From the NCBI GenBank assembly GCA_963814585.1, contig CAWFDF010000008.1, positions 192,001 to 256,000 of the forward strand: a stretch of 64,000 nucleotides of DNA, given 5' to 3'. The notes under the pieces are model-generated. The model worked only from the letters and a program-made list of their open reading frames with translations, did not search any database and had not been told where the DNA came from. The stretch's first letter is position 1. Each line of letters begins with the position of its first letter. A program made the position numbers and the translations under genes. This DNA is from an uncultured delta proteobacterium. GTDB taxonomy: Bacteria; Myxococcota; Myxococcia; Myxococcales; Anaeromyxobacteraceae. This document shows positions 52,480 to 60,992 of this stretch, piece by piece.

Positions 52480-52585
52480 GCCGTGTCCGGGGTGGTGGCG
52501 TGGACCGACGCGGCGCTGCCGCCGAGCCCCATCTCGCCGCCGTGGCGATGCAGCGGTGCCCCCACCGAGGAGGTAGAGTCTTGCC

Positions 52586-53620
52586 ATGCCTGACCCGACT
52601 GGGGCCGAGGTCGTGGTGGTGGGAGCCGGCGTCTCGGGGCTCACCTGTGCGCGTCGGCTGGTCTCGGCCGGCCGCGAGGTGGTGCTGCTGGACCGGGCCC
52701 GAGGCGTGGGTGGCCGCTGCGCCACCCGCCTCCTGGAGGGGCAGGCCATCGACCACGGCGTCGCCTTCCTCCACGGGCGGCACCCGGGCTTCCTCGCGGA
52801 GCTGCGACAGGTCCCGGCCACGGTCCTGCCTGGCTGGCCCACCGCCGTGAGCGGCCTCGGCCAGCCCTGCCAGCCGGAGGCCTTCACGCCGGGCGAGCAG
52901 CGGCTGGCCTTCGCCGAGGGGGTGGCCGCCTTCCCCCGTCACCTGGCGTCGGGGCTCGACGTCCGGCTGCAGGTGACGGTGTCGGCGCTGGAAGCTGGCC
53001 CGGGCGGCCTGCTGCTGCGCACCGAGGGAGGTGAGCCTCACCGGGCCGGCGAGGTGGTGCTGGCGCTGGCCGCCGAGCAGACCCTGCGGCTGCTCGCCAC
53101 CTGGCCGGCGCCGCCGCCGGAGATCGCCTCCGCCGTGGCGCTGCTCGGCTTCTCGAGGAGCCAGGCCTGCCTGGCCCTGCTGGCCCTCTACGCGGACGAT
53201 GCACCGCGCCCGGCCTGGCAGGTCTGCTACCCGGAGTCCTCCAGGGTGATCCAGCTGATCTCGCACGACTCCACGAAGCGGCCAGCGCCGGCCCGGCTGG
53301 CGCTGCTGCTGCAGGCGCGACCGGCCTGGTCGCGGGCCCACCTCGAGGACCCGGACTGGTCGGCGGCCCTGCTGGAGGAGGCGGCGCGACTGCTGGGGCC
53401 GTGGGCCGGCCGGCCCGCCAGCAGCCACGCCCACCGCTGGAGCTTCGCCCGCTCGGACCGCGCCTCCGAGCTGGCGGGGCCCATGCTCCTGGCTCTGCCG
53501 GGCGGTGCACGGATCGGGATCTGCGGAGATCGCTTCGCGCCGGGCGGCGGGGTCGAGGGGGCCTGGCGGTCGGGCCTCATGCTGGCGGAGCGGCTGCTGG
53601 CCGCGGGAGGAGGACGGTGA
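52586..53620 (+). CDS. Renalase-like FAD-dependent oxidoreductase
   Basis: VVGAGVSG, GGRCATR, DHG..F, HRW.FA, CGD...G.GVEGAW.SG. Confidence 0.85.
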   Translation: MPDPTGAEVVVVGAGVSGLTCARRLVSAGREVVLLDRARGVGGRCATRLLEGQAIDHGVAFLHGRHPGFLAELRQVPATVLPGWPTAVSGLGQPCQPEAFTPGEQRLAFAEGVAAFPRHLASGLDVRLQVTVSALEAGPGGLLLRTEGGEPHRAGEVVLALAAEQTLRLLATWPAPPPEIASAVALLGFSRSQACLALLALYADDAPRPAWQVCYPESSRVIQLISHDSTKRPAPARLALLLQARPAWSRAHLEDPDWSAALLEEAARLLGPWAGRPASSHAHRWSFARSDRASELAGPMLLALPGGARIGICGDRFAPGGGVEGAWRSGLMLAERLLAAGGGR

Positions 53621-54366
53621 TGGCGGACGATTCGCTGCGCGAGCTGGTGGCGAGGGATCAGGACCACGAGTGCGAGGGGTTCGGACCGGCCAGGGTCTGC
53701 GTCCGGGTGGTGGCGGTGGCCGATCTCCCGACCCGCTTCGGTCCCTTCCGGCTGGTCGGCTTCTGGAACAACCGGGACGGCAAGGAGCACGTCGCCCTGG
53801 TGCTCGGTGAGGTGGTGGGTGGCCAGGAGGTGCCGGTGCGGCTCCACTCCGAGTGCCTGACCGGCGACGTCATGGGCTCGCTCCGCTGTGACTGCCGCGA
53901 CCAGCTCACCGGCGGGCTGGAGGCCATCCAGCGCCTCGGGCGCGGTGTCCTGCTCTACTTGCGGCAGGAAGGGCGCGGCATCGGCCTGATCAACAAGATC
54001 CGGGCCTACGCCCTGCAGGAGCAGGGGCTCGACACCGTGGAGGCCAACCTCGCGCTGGGCTTCCGCGACGACGAGCGTGACTACGCCGTCGCCGCGCACA
54101 TGCTCCTGAGCATGGGGCTCGGCTCGGTGCGGCTGATCACCAACAACCCGGAGAAGATCCGACAGCTGACGCAGCACCGGGTGAAGGTGGCCGGGCGCAT
54201 CCCGCACGTCATCCAGCCTAACCAGTACAACCGGTTCTACCTGGAGACCAAGGCGCGTCGCAGCGGCCACTTCATCGACTTCTCGGGGAAGGCCCGGCAC
54301 GGGGAGCAGAGCGACCCGGTCCGGGTGGAAGGGATGCCCGAGCCGGAGGGCGAGACCGGGAGCTGA
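53620..54366 (+). CDS. ribA: GTP cyclohydrolase II
   Basis: VRLHSECLTGD..GSLRCDC..QL, QEGRGIGL.NK..AY.LQ, TNNP.K, YL.TK...GH. Confidence 0.94.
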   Translation: MADDSLRELVARDQDHECEGFGPARVCVRVVAVADLPTRFGPFRLVGFWNNRDGKEHVALVLGEVVGGQEVPVRLHSECLTGDVMGSLRCDCRDQLTGGLEAIQRLGRGVLLYLRQEGRGIGLINKIRAYALQEQGLDTVEANLALGFRDDERDYAVAAHMLLSMGLGSVRLITNNPEKIRQLTQHRVKVAGRIPHVIQPNQYNRFYLETKARRSGHFIDFSGKARHGEQSDPVRVEGMPEPEGETGS

Positions 54367-55880
54367 GCTCCTGGATCCTCTCGGGGCGGCACGCCCGTGC
54401 GCCGAGGAGGCTCCCGGGTTGCACGACCCTGGGACGGGGGTGCATGACTCTGGGTCGGGCGAGGGGGTTCACGACCCTGGGACGGGCGCGGAGGCGGGAA
54501 GTGGCAGCGGCCAGCGTCGTCCGGGCCGCCCACGCCGCCCTGGCGGAGCAGCCCCAGGTTGATCTCGGCGCGGAAGTGGCCGGGGTCGGCCTGCAGCGCC
54601 CGCTCGAAGGCCCGCTCGGCCTCACGCGATCGGCAGGCCTCGGCCAGCGCGACGCCGAGGTTGTTCCACGCCCTCGCGCTCCACGGCGACTTGGCCGCGG
54701 CGTCGGCCCAGAAGGAGAGCTCGTCCCGGTAGACGAGGCTCCGGGCCGCGAAGCCCCCGCCCAGCGCGACCAGCAGCGCCACCACCGCGGCCCGGCGGGC
54801 GGCCCCCGCACCGGCCCATGCGGCGAGCGCCCGGGCGGCCAGCCAGGCTGGCCCGACCAGCGCGAGGTAGAGCTGCCGCTCGCTGGCCGGGTCACGCCTC
54901 GGGACCACCCACCCGGTCGGCGCCAGCCAGAGCAGGAACCAGAGGATGGCCAGACCCACCGCAGGCCGGCTCCGGAGCCAGGCCACGCCGGCCACGGCTG
55001 CGGAGACCAGGGCCAGCCCCGACGCTGCCGCGGCGGGCGTGACGGACGCCAGCGCCGGCAGCCCGGGCTCGGCGCTGAGGCTCCAGGGGCGGAGCAGCTG
55101 CCCGCTCAGCCAGGCCACCGCCACCGCCTGGGTGGGCAGGTTGTCCCCCGGCGGGCGCAGCGACAGCCCGGTGCCGGCCAGCCAGCGATAGGTGGGGGAG
55201 GCCAGCACCAGCCCGGCGGCGCCGGCCAGCACCACGCCATGCGGCGCCACGGCGCCGAGCGCGGCCCGCCAGGAGAAGGAGCGGCGGACCTCGCCGGCCT
55301 CCAGGAGCAGCAGCGCCGCCGGCAGCACGGCCACGTACTCCTTGACGCCCAGGGCGGCGGCGAAGAGGGCCACCGAGAGGAGCGGGAGCCGCCAGCCGCC
55401 CCGCTCCCGGCCATCGAGCCAAGCCACGGCGCTCCCCAGCGCCAGGGCCCCGGCCAGCGCCGCCGGCCGGCCGGAGACGTAGGTGACCGCCTCGGTCTGC
55501 ACCGGGTGCAGCGCGAAGAGCAGCGCGCCGATCAGCGCCGCCCCGTGAGCCGGCGCCGCCGGGTCGAGCCGGCGCTCCAGCCGGAGGAGCAGCGCGTGGA
55601 CCAGCAGCGCGGCGGCGGCGTGGGACAGCAGGTTGACGGCGTGGAAGCCGGCCAGGCCGAGGCCGGAGGCGTGGTTGAGCGCGTAGCTCAGCTTGAGCAG
55701 CGGCCGGATGCCCGGCATGGCGCTCCACCATGCCGCCAGCGACTGGACGCGCGGATCCTGCACCACCACCCGCCAGTCGTCGTGGACGAAGCCGCCGGCG
55801 AACGAGGTGGCGCCCGCCGCCGCCACCGCCGCGACCAGGATCCAGCCGGCCCTGGCGCCGGCTCGCCGGGCCTCATCCAT
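54237..55880 (-). CDS. TMTC-like membrane glycosyltransferase with C-terminal TPR (3' end uncertain)
   Basis: FVHDD, RPL, FHAVNL..H, LFALHPVQTEAV.YVSGR, KE, ERQLY, TPR AWNNLG; low-complexity tail overlaps ribA. Confidence 0.78.
   Translation of the reverse strand: MDEARRAGARAGWILVAAVAAAGATSFAGGFVHDDWRVVVQDPRVQSLAAWWSAMPGIRPLLKLSYALNHASGLGLAGFHAVNLLSHAAAALLVHALLLRLERRLDPAAPAHGAALIGALLFALHPVQTEAVTYVSGRPAALAGALALGSAVAWLDGRERGGWRLPLLSVALFAAALGVKEYVAVLPAALLLLEAGEVRRSFSWRAALGAVAPHGVVLAGAAGLVLASPTYRWLAGTGLSLRPPGDNLPTQAVAVAWLSGQLLRPWSLSAEPGLPALASVTPAAAASGLALVSAAVAGVAWLRSRPAVGLAILWFLLWLAPTGWVVPRRDPASERQLYLALVGPAWLAARALAAWAGAGAARRAAVVALLVALGGGFAARSLVYRDELSFWADAAAKSPWSARAWNNLGVALAEACRSREAERAFERALQADPGHFRAEINLGLLRQGGVGGPDDAGRCHFPPPRPSQGREPPRPTQSHAPPSQGRATREPPRRTGVPPREDPGAQLPVSPSGSGIPSTRTGSLCSPCRAFPEKSMKWPLRRALVSR
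54422..54485. repeat. Three imperfect 16-bp direct repeats
   Basis: CACGACCCTGGGACGG (54422, 54470) and CATGACTCTGGGTCGG (54443); spacing 21 and 27 bp. Confidence 0.65.
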
Positions 55881-56667
55881 CGCCGGGCTCGAAGGCGAGC
55901 TCGACCAGCCCGGCGGCGTTCCAGAAGCGGTCCGGGGCACCGAGCAGCACCACCACCACCTCCCGCCCGCTCCGCTCGGCCAGCACCACCAGGCACTTGC
56001 CGGCGCCCGGCGTGTACCCGGTCTTCACGCCCCGCACGCCGTCGACCCGGCCGACCAGGGGATTGTGGCTGGGCAGGTCGAAGACGCGTCCCCCGCGCGT
56101 CGACAGCCGCACCCGGACCGCTCCCACCGTGAGCCTGAACTCGGGCCGCTCCAGGGCGGCCCGGGTGAGCCGGACCAGGTCTCGCGCCGAGGTGTGCTGG
56201 GCCGCTCCATCGTGACCGCAAGGGTTGTCGAAGCGGGTGGCCCCGAGTCCCAGGTCGGCGGCGCGCCGGTTCATCCGCTCCACGAAGGCCGCCTCGGATC
56301 CCGCCGCGTGCTCGGCCAGCGCCAGACAGGCGTCATTGGCCGAGGCGATGAGCATGGCGCGCAGGGCGTCGCGGGCCGCCAGCTGCTCCCCGGCCCGCAG
56401 GCCGAGCCGCGTGCCGCTCTCGCGCGCGGCCCTGGCGCTCACCGTGATGGTCGCGGCGGGATCCCAGCGCTCCTCCAGGAGCAGGAGCGCGGTCATGATC
56501 TTGGTGAGCGAGGCCGGCGGACGGGGCGAGTCGGGCGCCCGGCCCCACCGCTCGCGGCCATCCACCGTCACCAGGTAGGCGGACGCCGCGACGGCCGGAT
56601 AGGGATCCTGCAGCGCCGCCGCCGGCGTCGCCGCGACCAGGGCCAGCGCCAGGAGCAGGGCCGCCAC
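55873..56667 (-). CDS. D-alanyl-D-alanine carboxypeptidase (peptidase S11)
   Basis: Signal peptide, PASLTK (SxxK), SAN (SxN), KTGYT. Confidence 0.92.
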   Translation of the reverse strand: MAALLLALALVAATPAAALQDPYPAVAASAYLVTVDGRERWGRAPDSPRPPASLTKIMTALLLLEERWDPAATITVSARAARESGTRLGLRAGEQLAARDALRAMLIASANDACLALAEHAAGSEAAFVERMNRRAADLGLGATRFDNPCGHDGAAQHTSARDLVRLTRAALERPEFRLTVGAVRVRLSTRGGRVFDLPSHNPLVGRVDGVRGVKTGYTPGAGKCLVVLAERSGREVVVVLLGAPDRFWNAAGLVELAFEPGDG

Positions 56668-56674
56668 CGCGAGC

Positions 56675-56855
56675 TAGCGCCCCGACCCAGGCAAGATGCC
56701 TACTGCGAGAGCCGATCCTCTCGCTGCGGCAGGCGGCCTCGTCGGTCCGCTGCTCAACGTAGCGCTGCTACGCTTCCGCTGCTCCCTCCTCGGGCGCCAG
56801 CCTCGCTTCGGTCTCGGCTCTCTCGTCACGTCATCTTGCCTGGGTCGGGGCACTA
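56675..56855. mobile_element. Full-length MITE-like element bounded by CTAG at both ends
   Basis: CTAGCGCCCCGACCCAGGCAAGATG ... CATCTTGCCTGGGTCGGGGCACTAG; right end supplies the TAG stop of the upstream minus-strand gene. Confidence 0.9.
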
Positions 56856-57857
56856 GAACCCGAAGATGCCTTTCAGGGCCTTCTTGCCCTGGTCCACCGC
56901 GCCCTCCTTCGGCTCCCCCTCCGGCTCCGCCGGCGCACCCTTCTTCTTCTTCGCCTTCGGGTCCTGGACCAGCAGCTCCTTGCCGTAGGCCAGGCAGAAG
57001 TCGCGGATCCCGGGCGCCAGGTTGGAGTCCTCCTTGCCGGCGCACTCCTTCTGCGCCAGGGCCTTGCGCTCCGCCGGGCAGCTCGAGCCCAGGAAGGCCA
57101 GGTCCTTGCGCTGGGCCGCCTCGGAGCAGAAGCGGCCGCGCAGGGCCACCAGATCGACCTGGCAGAGCCCGGCCGCCTTCTCCAGGGTCTCCTCGCCCGC
57201 CTTGCCGGCCTTCTGGAAGCCCTCCACGGTCTGCAGGCGCTTGCAGAACTCGGCCTGATGAGGCGTTCCCTTGCAGGTGACGGCGCCCGTCATGAGGAAC
57301 AGCGCCGGCTCCACGTTGCGGGCCGCCTTCCGGCACTCCTTGTCGATTCCCTTGGCGGTGTCCTGCTTCGACTGCTCCATCAGGGCCATGATCTCGGCCT
57401 GCCGGCTGTCCCCGGGCAGCGGCTGGCCCATCACGCAGGCGCCCCCGACCTTGCGGCCGCTCAGCTTCATGCGCCCGCTGCCGCTCGTGCTGGAGAAGGT
57501 CATGGTCCCACGATAGGCGTCGCCGTCGCGGGTCATGGTCCCCTGCCCGCTCATCTTCTCCGGACCGTCGCAGGCCATCTTCCAGCTGGTGGTCTTCCCG
57601 CTCTGCTTCAGGTCGGTCATCCGGCATTTCGAGTCACCGGGCTGGGTCGGGGGCGGCTCCCGCCACTCGCCCTCGGGGGCGCAGTGGCGGGCGGTCTGTG
57701 GCGGCAGGACCATGCCGGAGGCCTCCATCTCGGTGGTCGACTCCCAGACGACCCCCTTCTTGCCGGCCTGGTCCGCCGGCGCGGCCACGGCGTCCGCGAG
57801 CGCGAAGACGACCAGCAGGGTGGTGCTGGCGAAGGACAGGGCGTGGCGCGTCGTCAT
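56853..57857 (-). CDS. Exported DUF3617-like protein with Cys-rich C-terminus
   Basis: Signal peptide, G.WE.TT.ME, C..C..WKMAC, GRKVGGAC; many paired Cys. Confidence 0.65.
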   Translation of the reverse strand: MTTRHALSFASTTLLVVFALADAVAAPADQAGKKGVVWESTTEMEASGMVLPPQTARHCAPEGEWREPPPTQPGDSKCRMTDLKQSGKTTSWKMACDGPEKMSGQGTMTRDGDAYRGTMTFSSTSGSGRMKLSGRKVGGACVMGQPLPGDSRQAEIMALMEQSKQDTAKGIDKECRKAARNVEPALFLMTGAVTCKGTPHQAEFCKRLQTVEGFQKAGKAGEETLEKAAGLCQVDLVALRGRFCSEAAQRKDLAFLGSSCPAERKALAQKECAGKEDSNLAPGIRDFCLAYGKELLVQDPKAKKKKGAPAEPEGEPKEGAVDQGKKALKGIFGF

Positions 57858-57990
57858 GGCGGTTTCTCCGTGCCCCGGGCCTCGCCGCGGCGTCGCGACG
57901 GCCGGCGGCCGACCCGAGGTCTGGAGGACAACCTACTTCAGGGCCACCCCCCCCGTCACGGGGCCGGCGGGGGGTCCCCTGGCCAGGCGC

Positions 57991-59214
57991 TCAGCCCGCC
58001 GCCACCTCGGCGGCCGGGGCCTCGGGCGGCTCCCCGTGATGCGCCACCGGGGCGTGGGCGTCGTCGCCGAAGATGGGCAGCACCTTGTTGAAGAGCCAGA
58101 GCAGCACGAAGGGCATGACCACCAGGGCGATGGCCATGAGGATCCCCTCGCGGCCGAACACCTCCGGGCTGTAGTGGGAGCGCAGGCCCCGGAAGGACTT
58201 GGAGAGGAGCTGGCCGCCGATGACGATGTTCCAGCGCATCGAGAAGACCTGGATGAGCAGGAGGATCGAGGAGGCGATGCAGAGCGTGTTGCGGAGCCGC
58301 TCGTGGAGGTAGCGGTCCATCAGCACCACCACGCCCAGCAGGATGAGCGGGATGAGGCCACCCACCACCATCTGCATGGTGATGAAGGAGAACTCGAGCC
58401 GGGTGGTGAGGAGCTGCGAGATGATGTGCCAGGCCTCCGACTTCTCGTACGCCAGCATGATGATCTCGAGGAGCTCGAGGGTGATGGTGAGGATGAGGAA
58501 GAACCAGAGCCAGCGCGCCAGGGCCGCCACCGTCCGCCCCTCGATGGCCCGGCGGTTCAGCTTGGCCACCACCTGGTAGAGGATGGAGAGCAGCGCGATG
58601 CCGGAGACGGCCGCCGAGAGCAGGAAGATGACCGGCATGAGCGGCGTCGACCACCAGGGGTTGGCCTTGATGCCGCCGAAGATGAAGCCGACGTAGCCGT
58701 GGAGCATGCAGGCGCCGGGCAGGCCGATGGCGGCGAGGAGGGTGGCGGCCCGGTGATCGATGGCCACCGCCTCCGCCGACTGGTCGTAGGTGCCGAGCGC
58801 CAGGGCCGCGTAGAGGGTGCGCTTCCAGCCCCGGCTCTGTCGGGCCGCCTGGATGATCTCCTGGCGCCAGACGAACCAGACCTCGAGCACCAGGATGAGC
58901 AGGTAGCCCGAGTAGAGCATGCCGAAGCCGGCCATGGCCGACGACAGGTTGGGCGTCACCATCACCAGCCAGCTGCGCTCGGGGTGGCCCAGGTGGAGGT
59001 TGAGCGGCAGCGTCGCCACCGCCATGAAGCAGAGGGAGGTGGCCATGGCCAGCCGCGCCACCGGCCGGAACTCCTCCCGGCCGAAGACGTGGAAGAGCGC
59101 CGAGACGATGAAGGCGCCGGCCACGAACCCGGTGATGTACGGGTACATCACGATCATCAGCGACCAGTGGACGTGGATGTCGTTGGGGAAGGCATACCCC
59201 GTGATCTCGGGCAT
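57991..59214 (-). CDS. NrfD/PsrC-family membrane anchor
   Basis: HWSLMIVMYPYITG..AG, LHLGHPER, HGYVGFIFG, MRWNIVIGGQ. Confidence 0.88.
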   Translation of the reverse strand: MPEITGYAFPNDIHVHWSLMIVMYPYITGFVAGAFIVSALFHVFGREEFRPVARLAMATSLCFMAVATLPLNLHLGHPERSWLVMVTPNLSSAMAGFGMLYSGYLLILVLEVWFVWRQEIIQAARQSRGWKRTLYAALALGTYDQSAEAVAIDHRAATLLAAIGLPGACMLHGYVGFIFGGIKANPWWSTPLMPVIFLLSAAVSGIALLSILYQVVAKLNRRAIEGRTVAALARWLWFFLILTITLELLEIIMLAYEKSEAWHIISQLLTTRLEFSFITMQMVVGGLIPLILLGVVVLMDRYLHERLRNTLCIASSILLLIQVFSMRWNIVIGGQLLSKSFRGLRSHYSPEVFGREGILMAIALVVMPFVLLWLFNKVLPIFGDDAHAPVAHHGEPPEAPAAEVAAG

Positions 59215-60050
59215 CACCGCACCTCCATGTCGAGGTTGAGGTAGAAGCACTGCGGCTGGGTGAGCAGGTGCCCCTGCATGATCGAGACCCGCTCGCGATC
59301 GATGGTCTGCCGCACCGGATCGTCCTCCCGGAGCATGTCGCCGAAGGCGCGGGTGGCCGTGGGGCAGACCTCCACGCAGGCCGGCTTCAGCCCCTTGGTG
59401 ATGCGGTGGTAGCACCAGGTGCACTTCTCGGCGGTGTGGGTCTCCGGGTGGAGGAAGCGGCTCCCGTACGGGCAGGCCTGCACGCAGTAGCCGCAGCCGA
59501 TGCAGGACTTCCCGTCGACCATCACCACCCCGTCCTTGGTCCGGTAGGAGGCGCCCACCGGGCAGACCTGCACGCAGGGGGTCTCCTTGCAGTGGTTGCA
59601 CATCTTGGGGACGAAGAAGGCCTTGGTGGGCGTGAAGGCGGTCGGCACCGGCGGGAAGCCGTCGAGGCCGCCCTTGGGCGAGTCCACGTACGAGCCTCCG
59701 GGGCCCACGATGTAGCGCTCCACCCAGGTGCGGACGAAGCCGTCCGGCACGTTGTTCTCCTGCTTGCAGGCGCGGACGCAGGAGCCACAGCCGATGCACT
59801 TGGCGGTGTCGATGACGTAGGCCCAGCGGTGCTCCTCCCAGTTGTAGGCGTCGCCACCGGGAGGCGGCGCGTGGTGCGTCTCGCCCGAGGCGGCGGCCTC
59901 GAGGCCGGCCAGGGCGACGGCGGCGCCCCCAGTGAGCTTGAGGGCGGTGCCGAGGAACTCCCGGCGATCGGTGACGGCGGGCGCGGCGCCGGCCGGCTGG
60001 TCGGCCGCCGGGGACGGGGTCGAGGCCCGGGGGCTGGTGGCGTGGTCCAT
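59214..60050 (-). CDS. Tat-exported NrfC/PsrB-type 4Fe-4S protein
   Basis: DRREFL Tat motif; CIGCGSCVRAC, CNHC..TPCVQVCP, CIGCGYCVQACPY, KCTWC..PACVEVCP. Confidence 0.9.
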   Translation of the reverse strand: MDHATSPRASTPSPAADQPAGAAPAVTDRREFLGTALKLTGGAAVALAGLEAAASGETHHAPPPGGDAYNWEEHRWAYVIDTAKCIGCGSCVRACKQENNVPDGFVRTWVERYIVGPGGSYVDSPKGGLDGFPPVPTAFTPTKAFFVPKMCNHCKETPCVQVCPVGASYRTKDGVVMVDGKSCIGCGYCVQACPYGSRFLHPETHTAEKCTWCYHRITKGLKPACVEVCPTATRAFGDMLREDDPVRQTIDRERVSIMQGHLLTQPQCFYLNLDMEVR

Positions 60051-60058
60051 GGCGGCTC

Positions 60059-60523
60059 CTAGGGCTTCGGCGAGTGAGGGTCGTGGCATTCGAGGCAGAC
60101 CGCGCCCTCGAGCTTGGCGGTGACGTGCTGCTCCAGCACCACCTGCGGGAACTTCTCCGGGCGGCCCTGGACGCGGCGGTGGCAGCGGGCGCAGAGCCCG
60201 AAGGCCTTGTCGACGGGCATCGGCCCGGTCTTCTTGCCGTCGGCGACGTGGCGCAGGAGCGGCGCGTGGCAGACCTCGCAGCTGACCGTCCTGTGGCCAC
60301 CGGCGGCCCGTGCCGCGGCCTGCTTCTTGTGGCATGGCGTGCAGCTGGCGGCACCGGCATGGGCCGGCGGCCGGATCTTCATCTGCTCGGCCACGTTGTC
60401 GGCGCGGTACGAGCCGAAGGTGCCGTAGGACCCTGGCACCAGGAACCCCCTGCCGATGAGGATGGCGGCGAGGCCCCCGACGACGACCAGGACCACTCGA
60501 AACACATGCCGTGCGTGCTCCAT
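60059..60523 (-). CDS. Membrane-anchored tetrahaem c-type cytochrome
   Basis: N-terminal TM; CTPCH, CEVCH, CARCH, CLECH. Confidence 0.9.
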   Translation of the reverse strand: MEHARHVFRVVLVVVGGLAAILIGRGFLVPGSYGTFGSYRADNVAEQMKIRPPAHAGAASCTPCHKKQAAARAAGGHRTVSCEVCHAPLLRHVADGKKTGPMPVDKAFGLCARCHRRVQGRPEKFPQVVLEQHVTAKLEGAVCLECHDPHSPKP

Positions 60524-60547
60524 CCGTCTCCTCCAGTGCGGCGTTCT

Positions 60548-60844
60548 TCAGTCGTCGAGGTGCTCTGGGCGAAAGAGCAGGTTGAGCCAGCGGGTGCGGT
60601 GGCGTGGCGGCTCGGGGGCGTCATGGCCGAGCGCCTCCCGGCCGAAGATGGTGGCGAGGACCCCGCGGGTGGACGGCGCCTCCGGCTCGGGATCGAGCGG
60701 GAGGCGCTCGGGCGCGAAGATGGCGCGGAGCAGCTCGTTGCCGGTTCCGGGCCGGGCCGGGGTGGAGAGAGGCGGCGGCAGCTCTTCTCGCCGGAGCGCG
60801 GCGCGGAAGCCCTCGAGGAATGCCCTGACGCGATCGCCAATCAC
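60548..60844 (-). CDS. Small hypothetical protein with three imperfect internal repeats
   Basis: LRAIFAPERLPLD / LATIFGREALGHD / LNLLFRPEHLDD. Confidence 0.55.
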   Translation of the reverse strand: MIGDRVRAFLEGFRAALRREELPPPLSTPARPGTGNELLRAIFAPERLPLDPEPEAPSTRGVLATIFGREALGHDAPEPPRHRTRWLNLLFRPEHLDD

Positions 60845-60992
60845 CGTGCGTCACGCTGCCACAACCCGAACGCAGGTGAACAGCACAATCGCCCCGACCC
60901 GCGGGAAAACACGCCTGGGCTCATGACACGACGCTCCAACCCGTATCGCGAGACGACGTCTCGATGAGACATCGAATCACCGCCGCGCGATC

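Noticed and set aside
54422..54485. Possible mini-CRISPR array
   Set aside because: Repeats are only 16 bp with 5-11 bp gaps; no cas genes
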